From the NCBI GenBank assembly GCA_963789265.1, contig CAWBKB010000007.1:416001-480000 (forward strand): a stretch of DNA of 64,000 bases, read 5' to 3'. The notes below the pieces were generated by a model. That model ran no database searches. It was given only the letters and a program-made list of their open reading frames with translations, and was not told where the DNA came from. This document shows positions 48,872-59,268 of the stretch, in pieces. A program made the position numbers and the translations under genes. The number at the start of each line of letters is the position of its first letter. The first letter of the stretch is position 1. Origin of the DNA: an uncultured delta proteobacterium. GTDB lineage: Bacteria; Desulfobacterota; Desulfomonilia; Desulfomonilales; Desulfomonilaceae.

Positions 48872-51800
48872 TTATGATTGTGCGGACTTCTCCCGAGTCT
48901 TCCTGCCGTAGATCAAATAATAAATTATAGGTACAACAAGTAAAGTGAAGGCTGTTGAAGCAAAAATACCGAAAATAAAGGACCACGCCAAACCTGAAAA
49001 GACCGGGTCTAAAGTGATGATCCAAGATCCGAAAATAGCCGCGCCCACGGTGAGCAGGATTGGGGTGAACCTGACCGCGCCGGATTCAACGATCGCATCT
49101 TTGAGGTTCTCACCCGCGCGAGTTCGGATATGGATAAAATCTATTAGTATTATGGAATTTCTCACCACAATGCCGGCGAGAGCTATCATCCCGATCATCC
49201 CGGTGGCCGTGAAGAAGATCGAATTCCGATAATGACCTATGGTCTGGGCAAACAATGCGTTGAGCAGGGCAAAGCCGGGCATGATGCCGATCATGGTCAG
49301 AGGAATAGCCACCATGATGACCAACGGAATGGCAAAAGACTCGGTCTGCTGCACCAGTAGTATATAGATAAGTATAAGGGCCCCGGCAAATGCGAGACCA
49401 AGGTCTCGGAAGACTTCAAGAGTGATCTTCCATTCCCCCTCCCCTGCCCAGTTCACTCTGAAGCCTTCGCGCAGAGGGTGCTTTCGCATTGACTCTTGTA
49501 GATCGAATATCGCATTCACGGGGCTGCGGCCGGCCATCTCGCCCGTCACAAAAACCAACCGCTCCATATTCTTGCGGTATATGGTCTGGTCTATGACGGT
49601 CTCCTTGAGTTGGCCAAGTTCGTTGAATGGAACCATCGAGCCGTCGGGTGCTTTGATTCTTATCGGCCCCATGTCTTCGGGGCGGGATCTCAACGATCTC
49701 GGAAGCCGCAGGTTCACCTCGAGTGGGGATCGCTCGGTACCCTGATGAACAATCGTCGGAGATTCTCCGCCCAGAAATATCTTTGCCGACTTGGCTATGT
49801 CCTCGACAGTGATCCCGTGCAGGCCGGCCTTCACGCGGTCAACGATGAAATTGTACTGAACCTGCGGCGCGTCAACGGAATCATCCACGTCCACAACCTT
49901 CGGTGTACGTTCCATTGCTCGCCGGACCTTGTGAGATTCGGCTATAATATCTTTGTAAGAAGCGCTGGGCGGTCCGTATACCTCGCCAACAACCGTCGAA
50001 AAAACCGGTGGACCGGGGGGCACCTCCACAATCTTCACATTGGCTCCGTACTTTTGCCCGATCTTCTGAATATCGGGTCTGATTCTCAGGACGAGCGCAT
50101 GGCTTTGAAATCCCCGGTCGTACTTTTCAAGGAGGTTCACGCGCAGATCTGCCAGGTTACTCCCCTTGCGCAGGTAGTATTGCCGCACCATCCCATTGAA
50201 ATCTATGGGAGAAGCTATCCCCACGTAGGATTCCAGGTCTCGAACTTCATTCACCGTCGACAAATAGCGCTCCAGGGCAGTCGCTACTTCGTCCGTTCGT
50301 TCCAGAGTGGTTCCTTTCGGCATATCCACGAGCATCAGGAACTCATTCTTGTTATCAAACGGCAGCATCTTAACCGGGACCAACTTCAAAACCACGAGAG
50401 ACACGGAGAGCATCAGGGCAACCACAACGCCGCCCAGAAAGAGATAGCTCTTTCTGCGGCTCTCCAAAAACGGAGTAATAATTCTGCGGTATATGCGATA
50501 GACACCTCCTTCCTTGAAATCGTAGGGCTTCTCTACTTTGTCGTACTCCTTCTTAAGCGCGTGGTAAGTAGTCCACGGAGTGACCGTGAACGCGATAGCC
50601 AGAGACATAAGCATCGCGATAGGCACGTTCAGAGCCATAGGACGCATGTAAGGCCCCATCATGCCCGTAATGAAAAAGAGAGGGACAAACGAAGCTATAA
50701 CAGCCAGAGTAGCCAGTATGGTTGGGGGCCGCACTTCGTCGACAGCCAGCAGAGTCGAATCCAGAGGCGGATGCTTTTTGAGCCTGAAATGGCGGTGGAT
50801 GTTTTCCACATCCACAATGGGGTCATCTACGAGCAGCCCGAGGGACAAAATCAGGGCGAACAGGGTGACACGATTTATCGTGTATCCCACGAGCAGGTTT
50901 GCAAGGAGCGTGACGGACAAAGTCATGGGCACGGCAAGGGCAACAATCAACGCCTCGCGCCAACCCAAAATAACCGTGAGAAGAGCCACTATGCTGAGGA
51001 CGGCAATCCCCAGGTGCTTGACCAACTCATTGACTTTCTCGTCGGCTGTCTTGCCGTAATTTCTCGTGACCAGAACCCCTATGTCGGACGGAATCACGGT
51101 TTTTTGGAGTTCTTTTACCTTCTCGATCAAACCTTCGGCCACTCGGACCGCATTGGTCCCCTTCCTCTTGGCAACCGCGATGGTGACCTGGTTATAAGGC
51201 TTGCCCTGTTCTTCCTTGATCTTCTTTGTATCCGGGTCGCGAATCGCACCGGGGCCGAATGTGAGCCGAGTGTAAGACGAAATCTCTTCAGGTCCGTCGA
51301 CAATCCGAGCAACATCGCGCAAGTACACCGGCTTGCCGTCGTGGACACCTAAGACAAGCCCTCTTATCTCTTCGGGTCTCTTGATGAACGGGCCGGAATC
51401 AACAACAATCTCCTGGTTCATGCGGTCCATGGTTCCCGCCCGGAGATTGACGTTGGCTCCCTTCAGGGCGCGCTCGATGTCGAGTACGGACACCTGCCGG
51501 GAGGCCATCTTTTCGGGCTGCAGAAGCAACCTTATCTGGCGCGTGCGCCCCCCCACGACGTATGCTCGACCGGTATCCTGAATTCTCTGCATCCGGTGGA
51601 GTATCTCGTCGGCCACACGTCTCAGTTCGAAATCAGAATACAACGAGCTGTATAGCGAGAAGGTCACGATTGGGACGTCGTCGATCTCGACGGGTCTGAC
51701 GACCCAGCCGGTGACACCCGGCGGAACCTGGTCCACGTAAGACATAATCTTGCTATGGACCTTGAGGATGCTCTGCTCCAGGTTCTGCCCCACGTAAAAA

Positions 51801-52114
51801 CGCACTGTGACAACAGCGGAACCAGGGTGGGAAGATGAATAGATGTACTCCACCCCGTCGATCTCCCACAACTTGCGCTCAAGATTTATGGTTACGAGAT
51901 TCTCTACCTCCTGAGCGGAAGCGCCCGGAAAGTTGATCATCACGTCCACCACCGGGACTACGATTTGGGGCTCTTCTTCACGAGGGGTGAGCGTCAGGGC
52001 CGCCGCCCCGGCCAACAGAGAAGCGATGATGAAAATGATCGGGAGCTTGGAAAGCAGAAAGGCTTCCACGATCCTGCCGGTAATTCCCAAATTGTATTTC
52101 TTGGAAAGGCTCAT
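48872..52114 (-). CDS. RND (AcrB/AcrD/AcrF family) permease subunit
   Basis: TPREEEPQI, PGASAQEVE, GLLVDDPIVDVENI, GIVVRNSIILIDF, RFTPILLT; 1080 aa. Confidence 0.93.
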   Translation of the reverse strand: MSLSKKYNLGITGRIVEAFLLSKLPIIFIIASLLAGAAALTLTPREEEPQIVVPVVDVMINFPGASAQEVENLVTINLERKLWEIDGVEYIYSSSHPGSAVVTVRFYVGQNLEQSILKVHSKIMSYVDQVPPGVTGWVVRPVEIDDVPIVTFSLYSSLYSDFELRRVADEILHRMQRIQDTGRAYVVGGRTRQIRLLLQPEKMASRQVSVLDIERALKGANVNLRAGTMDRMNQEIVVDSGPFIKRPEEIRGLVLGVHDGKPVYLRDVARIVDGPEEISSYTRLTFGPGAIRDPDTKKIKEEQGKPYNQVTIAVAKRKGTNAVRVAEGLIEKVKELQKTVIPSDIGVLVTRNYGKTADEKVNELVKHLGIAVLSIVALLTVILGWREALIVALAVPMTLSVTLLANLLVGYTINRVTLFALILSLGLLVDDPIVDVENIHRHFRLKKHPPLDSTLLAVDEVRPPTILATLAVIASFVPLFFITGMMGPYMRPMALNVPIAMLMSLAIAFTVTPWTTYHALKKEYDKVEKPYDFKEGGVYRIYRRIITPFLESRRKSYLFLGGVVVALMLSVSLVVLKLVPVKMLPFDNKNEFLMLVDMPKGTTLERTDEVATALERYLSTVNEVRDLESYVGIASPIDFNGMVRQYYLRKGSNLADLRVNLLEKYDRGFQSHALVLRIRPDIQKIGQKYGANVKIVEVPPGPPVFSTVVGEVYGPPSASYKDIIAESHKVRRAMERTPKVVDVDDSVDAPQVQYNFIVDRVKAGLHGITVEDIAKSAKIFLGGESPTIVHQGTERSPLEVNLRLPRSLRSRPEDMGPIRIKAPDGSMVPFNELGQLKETVIDQTIYRKNMERLVFVTGEMAGRSPVNAIFDLQESMRKHPLREGFRVNWAGEGEWKITLEVFRDLGLAFAGALILIYILLVQQTESFAIPLVIMVAIPLTMIGIMPGFALLNALFAQTIGHYRNSIFFTATGMIGMIALAGIVVRNSIILIDFIHIRTRAGENLKDAIVESGAVRFTPILLTVGAAIFGSWIITLDPVFSGLAWSFIFGIFASTAFTLLVVPIIYYLIYGRKTREKSAQS

Positions 52115-52434
52115 GAGCGTAAGTTGTTGATGTCTATGATGTAGAGGTTCGCTATGTCAACCGCCTTCGGGATGCAACTGCGCTACCCTCTTCACCCGGC
52201 CACACATTCCTCCGGCTGAACAAGGCACCGGAATTGAACAGACAGCGCAAGGTTATTAGAATAGCATTACGAGGGGGCCGACTTCGAACGAATTTTGTTT
52301 CTTGTAACCGGCAATAAGCATCATTAAGTTTTGAATTGCGAAAGCCTACCATTGAGGTCACGCTGCGTCAATTAAACATTGCAAAAAGCCTGTCTTGACA
52401 CCGGCCACCCTAATCTGTTAATGACTTATACTTC

Positions 52435-52671
52435 GTGAAGAAGACTAGCACAACCTGGAAACTGGTGGGTGACGCCCTGCAATTGGGTGCGTCAATAGTC
52501 TTCGCCATATTTATTGGCTTCGGGCTGGGACTCTGGCTTGACAGCAGACTTGGCTCTTCTCCTTATCTGACCATCATTTTTTTCTTTTTCGGAGTGGCTG
52601 CAGCAGGCAAGCTTGTCTGGACTGAGGTTCGGAAGCAGTTGCAGGCTGATGAGGACAAGAAGTCGAAATGA
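52435..52671 (+). CDS. AtpZ/AtpI family small membrane protein
   Basis: IGFGLGLWLDSRLGSSP..FGVAA; first gene of the F0 cluster. Confidence 0.85.
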   Translation: MKKTSTTWKLVGDALQLGASIVFAIFIGFGLGLWLDSRLGSSPYLTIIFFFFGVAAAGKLVWTEVRKQLQADEDKKSK

Positions 52672-53051
52672 ACTTCGAGAAGATTCCGGGAATATGGTTC
52701 GTCCTTTCAGGGTTGGTTTACCTCATTGGTCTCCTTGCCTGTATTGCCTCGGCTCCCCGTGACTTTGCGCTTGGATTTGCCGCGGGTGGGGCTCTCGTCC
52801 TCGGCAATGCATGGGTTTCGGCGCGAAGAGTCAAGAAAGCCGGATTCCTGGACAAGAACGGCGTAATGGCGGTGCTGCTCGGAGGCTTTTACGCGCGGTT
52901 GATTTTGCTGGGCATTTGTTTGTACGGATTGATCAAGTTTTTCCAAGTAGACCCTGTGGGTCTGATAATCGGCCTGTCGGTAGTCCCTGCGGGACTCTTT
53001 GTCATGCTGGCTCTGATTTACATTGCGAACAGAAGGCCAGAGGAGGTCTGA
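52668..53051 (+). CDS. atpI: ATP synthase protein I
   Basis: Four TM segments, FYARLIL, VDPVGLIIGLSV; upstream of atpB. Confidence 0.8.
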   Translation: MNFEKIPGIWFVLSGLVYLIGLLACIASAPRDFALGFAAGGALVLGNAWVSARRVKKAGFLDKNGVMAVLLGGFYARLILLGICLYGLIKFFQVDPVGLIIGLSVVPAGLFVMLALIYIANRRPEEV

Positions 53052-53054
53052 TAC

Positions 53055-53777
53055 ATGGCTGCGGATATTCATCCACCCAACTTGAGCGACATTATTGCGA
53101 TCCCCGCGTACCACTCGATGGAGCCTTTCTGGCAAAAATGGGGGATACAGCATTCGGACTTGAACAACGTCCTCAATACCTGGATCGTCATGATCATTTT
53201 GATCGTGGCCGCGGTTCTGGTGAAGAACAGATTACAGATGGTTCCTAAGGGTTCCCAAAACTTCTGGGAAGTGGTCGTGTCAACGCTGGAAGACATTGTG
53301 GTCGAGACCATGGGAGAGCAAGGCCGGCCTTACTTTGCCCTGGTTGCGTCGCTGGGGCTTTTTATTCTTATGTGCAACCTGATTGGGATCATACCCGGGT
53401 TTGACTCATCTACGAACAATTTGAATACTACGCTGGCGCTGGCGCTGGTATCGTTTGTCACAACCCACTTTGTGGGTATCAGGACTCACGGCGTGAAATA
53501 TGTGAAACACTTTTTAGGGCCGGTACCCTGGCTCATTCCACTTATGTTGCCAATAGAGATCATCGGGCACCTCAGCCGCATACTCTCGTTAAGCTTCCGT
53601 CTGTTCGGGAATATTATGGGAGAGGATCTGGCAGTTATCATACTTACTCTCCTCGTGCCGTACCTAGTTCCATTGCCAATGATATTATTGATGGTGTTCA
53701 CCTCTTTCATTCAGACCCTCGTCTTCATCATGCTGACCATGATGTACATCGTTGGATCTCTTGAAGAGGCTCACTGA
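53055..53777 (+). CDS. atpB: ATP synthase F0 subunit a
   Basis: [36 protein letters not shown]. Confidence 0.96.
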   Translation: MAADIHPPNLSDIIAIPAYHSMEPFWQKWGIQHSDLNNVLNTWIVMIILIVAAVLVKNRLQMVPKGSQNFWEVVVSTLEDIVVETMGEQGRPYFALVASLGLFILMCNLIGIIPGFDSSTNNLNTTLALALVSFVTTHFVGIRTHGVKYVKHFLGPVPWLIPLMLPIEIIGHLSRILSLSFRLFGNIMGEDLAVIILTLLVPYLVPLPMILLMVFTSFIQTLVFIMLTMMYIVGSLEEAH

Positions 53778-53803
53778 TACCAGATCAAGGAGGTCTCAGA
53801 TCC

Positions 53804-54136
53804 ATGAAGAGAGCATTTATCGCCGGACTGATCATGCTGGCCATCACCCTGTTCGCGGGGTTGGCCTTCGCAGCGGAAATTAACACAACCAACGCAGGAG
53901 TCTTCCAGTGGACCATGCTCGCAGCAGGGCTGGCCATCGGACTCGGGGCCATCGGTAGCGGCATCGGAATGGGAACCGCTATCGGAGGCGCCTGCGAAGG
54001 AACCTCAAGGAACCCGGAGGCGGGTGGTCGAATCCTTACAACCATGATCATCGGTCTGGCTATGATCGAATCTCTCACCATTTACGCGCTGGTTGTAGCG
54101 CTCATCCTGCTGTTCGGTAACCCCTACCTGAAGTAG
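53804..54136 (+). CDS. atpE: ATP synthase F0 subunit c with N-terminal leader
   Basis: [27 protein letters not shown]. Confidence 0.96.
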   Translation: MKRAFIAGLIMLAITLFAGLAFAAEINTTNAGVFQWTMLAAGLAIGLGAIGSGIGMGTAIGGACEGTSRNPEAGGRILTTMIIGLAMIESLTIYALVVALILLFGNPYLK

Positions 54137-54359
54137 AATTTTCACCGCTGAATAGCTTTACTCCCTCTGCCCGGCCGTTACCGGGCGGAGGGATTCCCTC
54201 AACAGCATGAATCCGCCGCTCAGAGATTGACTTTGCCGGGGATTCTGGTACTATTCCCTTGTGTTGTGGCCGACGGTTAGAACCGATCGAGCTGCAATCC
54301 CGACGTTTACTAGAGCGCTGAAACTGGGCCGATACTGGCGCTTCATCAAAGGAGTGGCC

Positions 54360-54906
54360 GTGAAGTTTACTGATGTCGGTAAGCCGAAAGGACTTGCGGG
54401 TCCCATACAAAGGGCAGAGAGAATTGATAATCATCCGGAAGGGCCGGCCCCTGATTATCAGATTAACGGGACAACTCTTAGCGCGCCGACCAATGACTCC
54501 GAGAAACAACCATCCTTATGGACGCCCTTATCCTGTCAGAGACCAGGGCTCACTCGACCCGGCGAATTATCGGAGCGCACCGCCGGATAAGGATTTCAAT
54601 CGATTCCAGGATCGACTGAGAATGGGCAAGGTTAAGCTCTGCGACGGCTGCGGAGGCGTAATGAGCAAGTCGTCGCGAATGATCCTTTCGCCTCTATCCG
54701 GTTTTGTGTTGGTGGTCTTTGGAGCGATCCTTATGACCATGTACGGATTGGCTACGAATTTCTACCAACCTCCCTGGTTCATGAAGTTTGCTCTTCCGGC
54801 CGCTTATTACCTGGGGTCAATATTCATCGGAGTTGGAACTCTGTTCTTTTTTATTAGGGAAAAAGTGTGGACCTGCCCCAGGTGCAAAGAAATACGGAAA
54901 AGATAA
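54360..54906 (+). CDS. Membrane protein with CxxC-TM-TM-CxxC topology; start uncertain, possible +1 frameshift at ~54526
   Basis: CDGC, two TM segments, CPRC; best RBS (AAGGAG) precedes GTG 54360 in another frame and the frames join as SLWTPYPVRD. Confidence 0.6.
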
Positions 54907-54912
54907 ACGCGG

Positions 54913-54941
54913 TTGCAAACCGGGCAACCTTGTTGTAAGAT
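54913..54941 (+). promoter_or_regulatory. Probable sigma70 promoter of the rpsF operon
   Basis: TTGCAA, 17 nt, TAAGAT. Confidence 0.55.
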
Positions 54942-54957
54942 GCCTTTTTTCACTCGA

Positions 54958-54992
54958 CTCCTTGCCCTAAAGGGCTTGACACCCGAAAGGAG
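54958..54992 (+). ncRNA. S6:S18 ribosomal protein leader
   Basis: CTCCTT-GCCC-TAAA-GGGC...ACCCG-AAAGGAG; CTCCTT pairs with the SD and an unpaired CCC precedes it; directly 5' of rpsF. Confidence 0.75.
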
Positions 54993-54997
54993 ATGCC

Positions 54998-55642
54998 GTG
55001 AGACGCTATGAGTCCGTAGTCATCCTGGACCCTGAAATGCCGGATGACGACATCCGAAGCTTTACCGAGAAATACAGCCAACTTATCAAGACCAACGGCG
55101 GGGAAATCATCAAAATCGAGGACTGGGGATTCAAGAGGCTCGCCTACCTCGTCAAGAAGAGGGAGAGGGGGCGATACATCCTCTTTGATTTCGTGGGACT
55201 CCCTGCGCTGATTACCGAAATGGAGCGGCAGTTCAAGATCTCCGAAGAAGTGATGAAGTTCCTCAGCGTCAAGCTCGACGACGACGTCGATCTTGAAGCC
55301 TTCAAAGCCGAGGCGGAAGAGAAGGCAGCGGCAGCAGCGGCAGCCGCGAAGCCGGCCGAACCTGCCCCAGCGGAACCTGCGGCTCAGAAGCCGGTTGAAC
55401 CTACCCCACTGGAACCGGCAGCTCAGAAGCCGGTTGAGCCCGCGGCAGTGGAACCTGCGGCTCCAGCCGTGACAGAAGAAGCTTCAGAGCCAACTGAGGA
55501 ACCCGCTGTAACTTCAAATCAAGAGGCGAAGCCTGTGGGCGCAGAAGAAGCCGCGCCACGGCCTGAGACCGAAGCGGAACCTGCCCCCGCTGCCACCCCA
55601 ACTGCGGAGCCGCCGGTTTCCGAAGAGAAGGAGGGAGTATAA
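54998..55642 (+). CDS. rpsF: 30S ribosomal protein S6 with long acidic Pro/Ala tail
   Basis: [21 protein letters not shown]; about 110 extra C-terminal residues. Confidence 0.96.
   Translation: MRRYESVVILDPEMPDDDIRSFTEKYSQLIKTNGGEIIKIEDWGFKRLAYLVKKRERGRYILFDFVGLPALITEMERQFKISEEVMKFLSVKLDDDVDLEAFKAEAEEKAAAAAAAAKPAEPAPAEPAAQKPVEPTPLEPAAQKPVEPAAVEPAAPAVTEEASEPTEEPAVTSNQEAKPVGAEEAAPRPETEAEPAPAATPTAEPPVSEEKEGV
55348..55464 (+). repeat. 3 x 39-bp tandem repeat in the rpsF tail
   Basis: GAAGCCGG..GA.CC...GGAACC.GC.GCTC units starting at 55348, 55387 and 55426 (KPxEPxxxEPAAQ). Confidence 0.85.
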
Positions 55643-55644
55643 CC

Positions 55645-55887
55645 ATGCCTAGACCTCCACGTAGACGTCCCTTCCCCCGCAGCAAAGTCTGCCGCTTTTG
55701 TGCGGATACATCGCTTCGAATGGATTACAAGGAGCCCAATATCCTCAGAGTTTTCATCACGGAGCGCGGTAAAATTATACCCAGAAGAATTTCCGGCAAT
55801 TGCGCCAAGCATCAGAGACAATTGACCGCGGCCATTAAAAGGGCCAGAAATATTGCCCTTCTACCCTTCACTGTGCCCAGGCGATAA
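55645..55887 (+). CDS. rpsR: 30S ribosomal protein S18
   Basis: [40 protein letters not shown]. Confidence 0.97.
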   Translation: MPRPPRRRPFPRSKVCRFCADTSLRMDYKEPNILRVFITERGKIIPRRISGNCAKHQRQLTAAIKRARNIALLPFTVPRR

Positions 55888-55909
55888 AAGAATTTGCGGA
55901 GTAGCGACA

Positions 55910-56383
55910 ATGGATATAATCCTTCTCGAACATATCGACGATCTGGGAACTGTTGGGCAGACGGTGAAAGTTAAGCCGGGGTACACGCGCAACTATTTGT
56001 TCCCTCGGAAGCTGGCTTGTCCGGCCACAGAGAAGAACCTCAATTTCTATCGTGGCCTGATCGAGGCAAAACAGAAGAAGCAGGCAAAGGCAAAAGGAGC
56101 CGCGGAACTCCAAGCTCAGAAACTGTCCGCCCTTGCCCTGACTTTTGTCAGAAAGTCCAGAGGTCAGGATGCCCGGCTCTTCGGTTCGGTTACCAACATT
56201 GACGTAGCCGAAGCCCTGGAACAGCAAGGGTACGAGATAGACAGGAAGAAAATCACTCTGTCCGAGCCCATCAAGAAGCTAGGTGAATACGTTGCGAGTG
56301 TCCGCATCCATCCTGACGTAACAGCCACTGTGCCGGTTGTGGTGAAGTCGGAGGAAGAACCCGAGGATGTCGCAGGAGAATAG
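55910..56383 (+). CDS. rplI: 50S ribosomal protein L9
   Basis: MDIILLE, VKVKPGYTRNYLFP, RLFGSVT, PIKKLGEY. Confidence 0.96.
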   Translation: MDIILLEHIDDLGTVGQTVKVKPGYTRNYLFPRKLACPATEKNLNFYRGLIEAKQKKQAKAKGAAELQAQKLSALALTFVRKSRGQDARLFGSVTNIDVAEALEQQGYEIDRKKITLSEPIKKLGEYVASVRIHPDVTATVPVVVKSEEEPEDVAGE

Positions 56384-57752
56384 CACTGAGATCAGGTTAC
56401 CCCCCCAGTTCCTGGAAGGTGAACGCGCTATCCTCGGGGGCTTGCTGATCGACAACGACGCCTTGCCAAAGGTGTTGGCGACTCTTTCGGCCGACGATTT
56501 CTACAGGGAAGCGCATCGCAACGTATACAAGGCTGTTACAGACCTGTTCAACCGCAATGAACCGGTGGATTGGGTTACACTTACGGCAGCCCTGAAGGAA
56601 GCCGGTCTCCTGGAAAATATCGGCGGGCCCGCCTTTTTGGCCGAACTGGTGGATGCCGTTCCCAGCGCGGCCAATATCGAGCATTACACGCGAGTAGTTA
56701 AGGAAAAAGCGGTGCTCAGGCAATTGATCTCCGCGTCCACCGAGATCAGCACGCGATGCTACGAAGAACACGGCAGTATCGACGAATTTGTAGACCAGTG
56801 CGAAGAATTGATCTTCAAGGTCGGAGAGGCGAGAATCAAATCAGGATTCGTACACGTCAAAGACCTCATGAAGGTCAGTTTCGAGACTGTTGAAAGCCTT
56901 TATGAGCGCAAAGAGAATATAACAGGAGTCGCGTCGGGCTTCGCGGACCTCGACGGCCTTACTGCCGGCTTCCAGCGATCCGACCTCGTCATTATTGCGG
57001 GCCGTCCGTCGATGGGCAAGACGTCGTTTGCACTGAATGTCGCGATGAATGCAGCAATAGACGGAGGAGTTCCAACCGCTGTTTTCTCCCTGGAGATGAG
57101 CAAAGAGCAGATCGCTCTGAGGATACTTTGCGCCAAGGCAAAGGTGAACTTGAAGAGCCTCCGTACCGGGTACCTCATTCAGGAGGACTGGGGGCGACTG
57201 ACCCAGGCAGTCGGGAGCATCTCCGACTCGCCGCTTTACGTGGACGACACACCCGCGATCAATACTCTGGAAATTCGTGCAAAAGCCCGCCGATTAAAGA
57301 AGGAGAGAGACCTCGGTCTGATCGTCGTCGATTATCTTCAGTTGATGCGAGGCGCGACAAAATCTGATTCCCGGGAAAAAGAGATCTCCGAGATCTCTCG
57401 GTCTTTGAAAGCATTGGCCAAGGAACTCAATTTACCGGTGATAGCTCTTTCTCAGCTTAACCGCAAGGTCGAGGAGCGCCCTAACAAGAGGCCGCAACTG
57501 GCTGACTTGAGGGAATCCGGCGCCATCGAGCAGGATGCGGACGTTATACTCTTCATCTACAGAGACGAGGTTTATAACAAGAGCGAGGACAATCCGAAGA
57601 AAGGCGAAGCTGAGATCATCGTGGGCAAGCAGCGCAACGGCCCCATCGGCTTGGTTACAGCAGTATTTGACTCAAGATTTTCTACTTTCCTCCCCCACGC
57701 GCGCCGGGACGAGCCCCCAGAGGACGATTCAGCCATTCTCTCGAATTTATAG
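56367..57752 (+). CDS. dnaB: Replicative DNA helicase
   Basis: AGRPSMGKT, FSLEMS, VDYLQLM, LSQLNR, DLRESGAIEQDAD, KQRNGP; no intein. Confidence 0.98.
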   Translation: MSQENSTEIRLPPQFLEGERAILGGLLIDNDALPKVLATLSADDFYREAHRNVYKAVTDLFNRNEPVDWVTLTAALKEAGLLENIGGPAFLAELVDAVPSAANIEHYTRVVKEKAVLRQLISASTEISTRCYEEHGSIDEFVDQCEELIFKVGEARIKSGFVHVKDLMKVSFETVESLYERKENITGVASGFADLDGLTAGFQRSDLVIIAGRPSMGKTSFALNVAMNAAIDGGVPTAVFSLEMSKEQIALRILCAKAKVNLKSLRTGYLIQEDWGRLTQAVGSISDSPLYVDDTPAINTLEIRAKARRLKKERDLGLIVVDYLQLMRGATKSDSREKEISEISRSLKALAKELNLPVIALSQLNRKVEERPNKRPQLADLRESGAIEQDADVILFIYRDEVYNKSEDNPKKGEAEIIVGKQRNGPIGLVTAVFDSRFSTFLPHARRDEPPEDDSAILSNL

Positions 57753-57818
57753 GTTTTTTCCGGGCAGATCCTAGATCCTCGCCACAGTATATACCCCCCC
57801 TTTGAGCAGATTCCTACC

Positions 57819-59243
57819 TCAACGCTTCAACCGCTGCCTGAGAGCCAAGGCAAATAGAGCGAACAAGAGAGGGCCAAAGATGCTTTGCAGCATATTGACC
57901 AAATTACCGCAGAACCCATTCGGTATAAAGTCGCTAGGTCTGAGCAGAGTCATGACTCGGAGGCTGTAGAGACCGACACTGTACCAATGGAGGACAGGGT
58001 CTGCGATCGGGCCTTTAGTATTAAGGTGCAGCAAACTCCAGTTAAGATAACAGCATGTGGATGCCAAAAGTAAACCGGCTGCCCACAGGAATGGACACAG
58101 GGCGCTTTCGCCGTATCCACTCACACAACGGTACACACTAAGCAAGATCCAGAGACCCCACCCTGAATTCCTCCGACGCATCTCCTTCTCACCATAATGA
58201 AAGTGCCGAGCGTGCTCGTAATCCCGCCTGTCTTCGTAGTTTTGTTTGAGCTGGCGATAAAGATGCTCAATGACAGGCCAGGAGCGTGTTTCACCCTTTC
58301 GTAATCCGACATCCTCATCGTGGACCCTGAAGCGGCCGCCTTTGCAGGGCCACTTCACGTCAGTGAATTCGGCTTTGCGCATATCCGTAAATAGGAAACG
58401 ACACTTCTGCAGGTCAGCGCTTCGAAAAATGACGGCGTCGAGAGGACTGATGATCACCTGGCTGAAGTCAATGTCTGCCCCGGAAAAAATTGGGTTAATC
58501 TCATCCTCTGAGGCAAAGAGCGTTGTCCCTAGGAACGCTGTACCGACGAAGGCAGCACTCGTAGCAAAGCACGCACCGGAGAAGGTAGCTCCTTCCTTGA
58601 AACTGGCACGGGAAAAGTTGGCACCTCCCCCGAACTTCGCGTCGTCGAAATTAGCCCACTTGCTAAACTTGGCATACTGGAAGATGACTTTCTCGCCGTC
58701 AATAACGGAGCCGGCGCAAAAGCTGTCGGCCCCCTCGGCCGCATCATTGAACTTAGCACGGGAAAAGTTGGCCACGTTGCCGAACCCGGCCAGTGTGAAG
58801 TTGGCGCCTCGGATGAACGTGGCAGCGCAAAAATTTGCCTCTTCAGCGAACGCGGCACAAGAGAAATTGGCACTCTTGGTGAACTCGGCAGCGGCGAAGT
58901 ACGCCAACCCTCCGAACGAGGCACGCCTGAATTCAGCACCCTCGGAGAAGTTAGTTTCCTCGAAATCGGCCCCGTTAGCGAAGCATGCATCGAAGAAGTC
59001 GGCGCCCTCTGTGAAGTGGGCCTCTGAGAAGTTGGCCTCCTCATGAAACGTTTCGCCCCGGAAGTTGGCAGGCCCTGGAAAAACAAAGTGTTGGAAATTG
59101 TTTCCGTCTTTCTCGCGATGCGCAGCTAAAGCTCTCTCGAAGGCATCTCTGTCCTTTCCGGGAACTTGAGAGTGCAAAATGCAGAACTCTCCGTCAGCAT
59201 CAGCATCCAGGCCGCAGACTTCATGGTGTTTGCACTTGGGCAT
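57819..59243 (-). CDS. Pentapeptide-repeat protein with C-terminal membrane (ion-channel-like) segment
   Basis: Start MPKCKH..FCILH; repeated A(N/D)FxxAxF units; YRQLKQNY, GYGES and TM helices. Confidence 0.85.
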   Translation of the reverse strand: MPKCKHHEVCGLDADADGEFCILHSQVPGKDRDAFERALAAHREKDGNNFQHFVFPGPANFRGETFHEEANFSEAHFTEGADFFDACFANGADFEETNFSEGAEFRRASFGGLAYFAAAEFTKSANFSCAAFAEEANFCAATFIRGANFTLAGFGNVANFSRAKFNDAAEGADSFCAGSVIDGEKVIFQYAKFSKWANFDDAKFGGGANFSRASFKEGATFSGACFATSAAFVGTAFLGTTLFASEDEINPIFSGADIDFSQVIISPLDAVIFRSADLQKCRFLFTDMRKAEFTDVKWPCKGGRFRVHDEDVGLRKGETRSWPVIEHLYRQLKQNYEDRRDYEHARHFHYGEKEMRRRNSGWGLWILLSVYRCVSGYGESALCPFLWAAGLLLASTCCYLNWSLLHLNTKGPIADPVLHWYSVGLYSLRVMTLLRPSDFIPNGFCGNLVNMLQSIFGPLLFALFALALRQRLKR

Positions 59244-59268
59244 TTTCCCCCTTTGGGAGTAGTGTAAC

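Noticed and set aside
49610..51352. 580-aa plus-strand ORF
   Set aside because: Antisense shadow of the RND gene; no motifs and no RBS.
53804..54136. Na+-coupled ATP synthase
   Set aside because: Subunit c has GIGMG and ESLTIY, lacking the Gln and Thr of the Na+ signature; H+ coupling is more likely.
58270..59046. 258-aa repetitive plus-strand ORF (KLA repeats)
   Set aside because: Reverse-complement shadow of the pentapeptide repeats.
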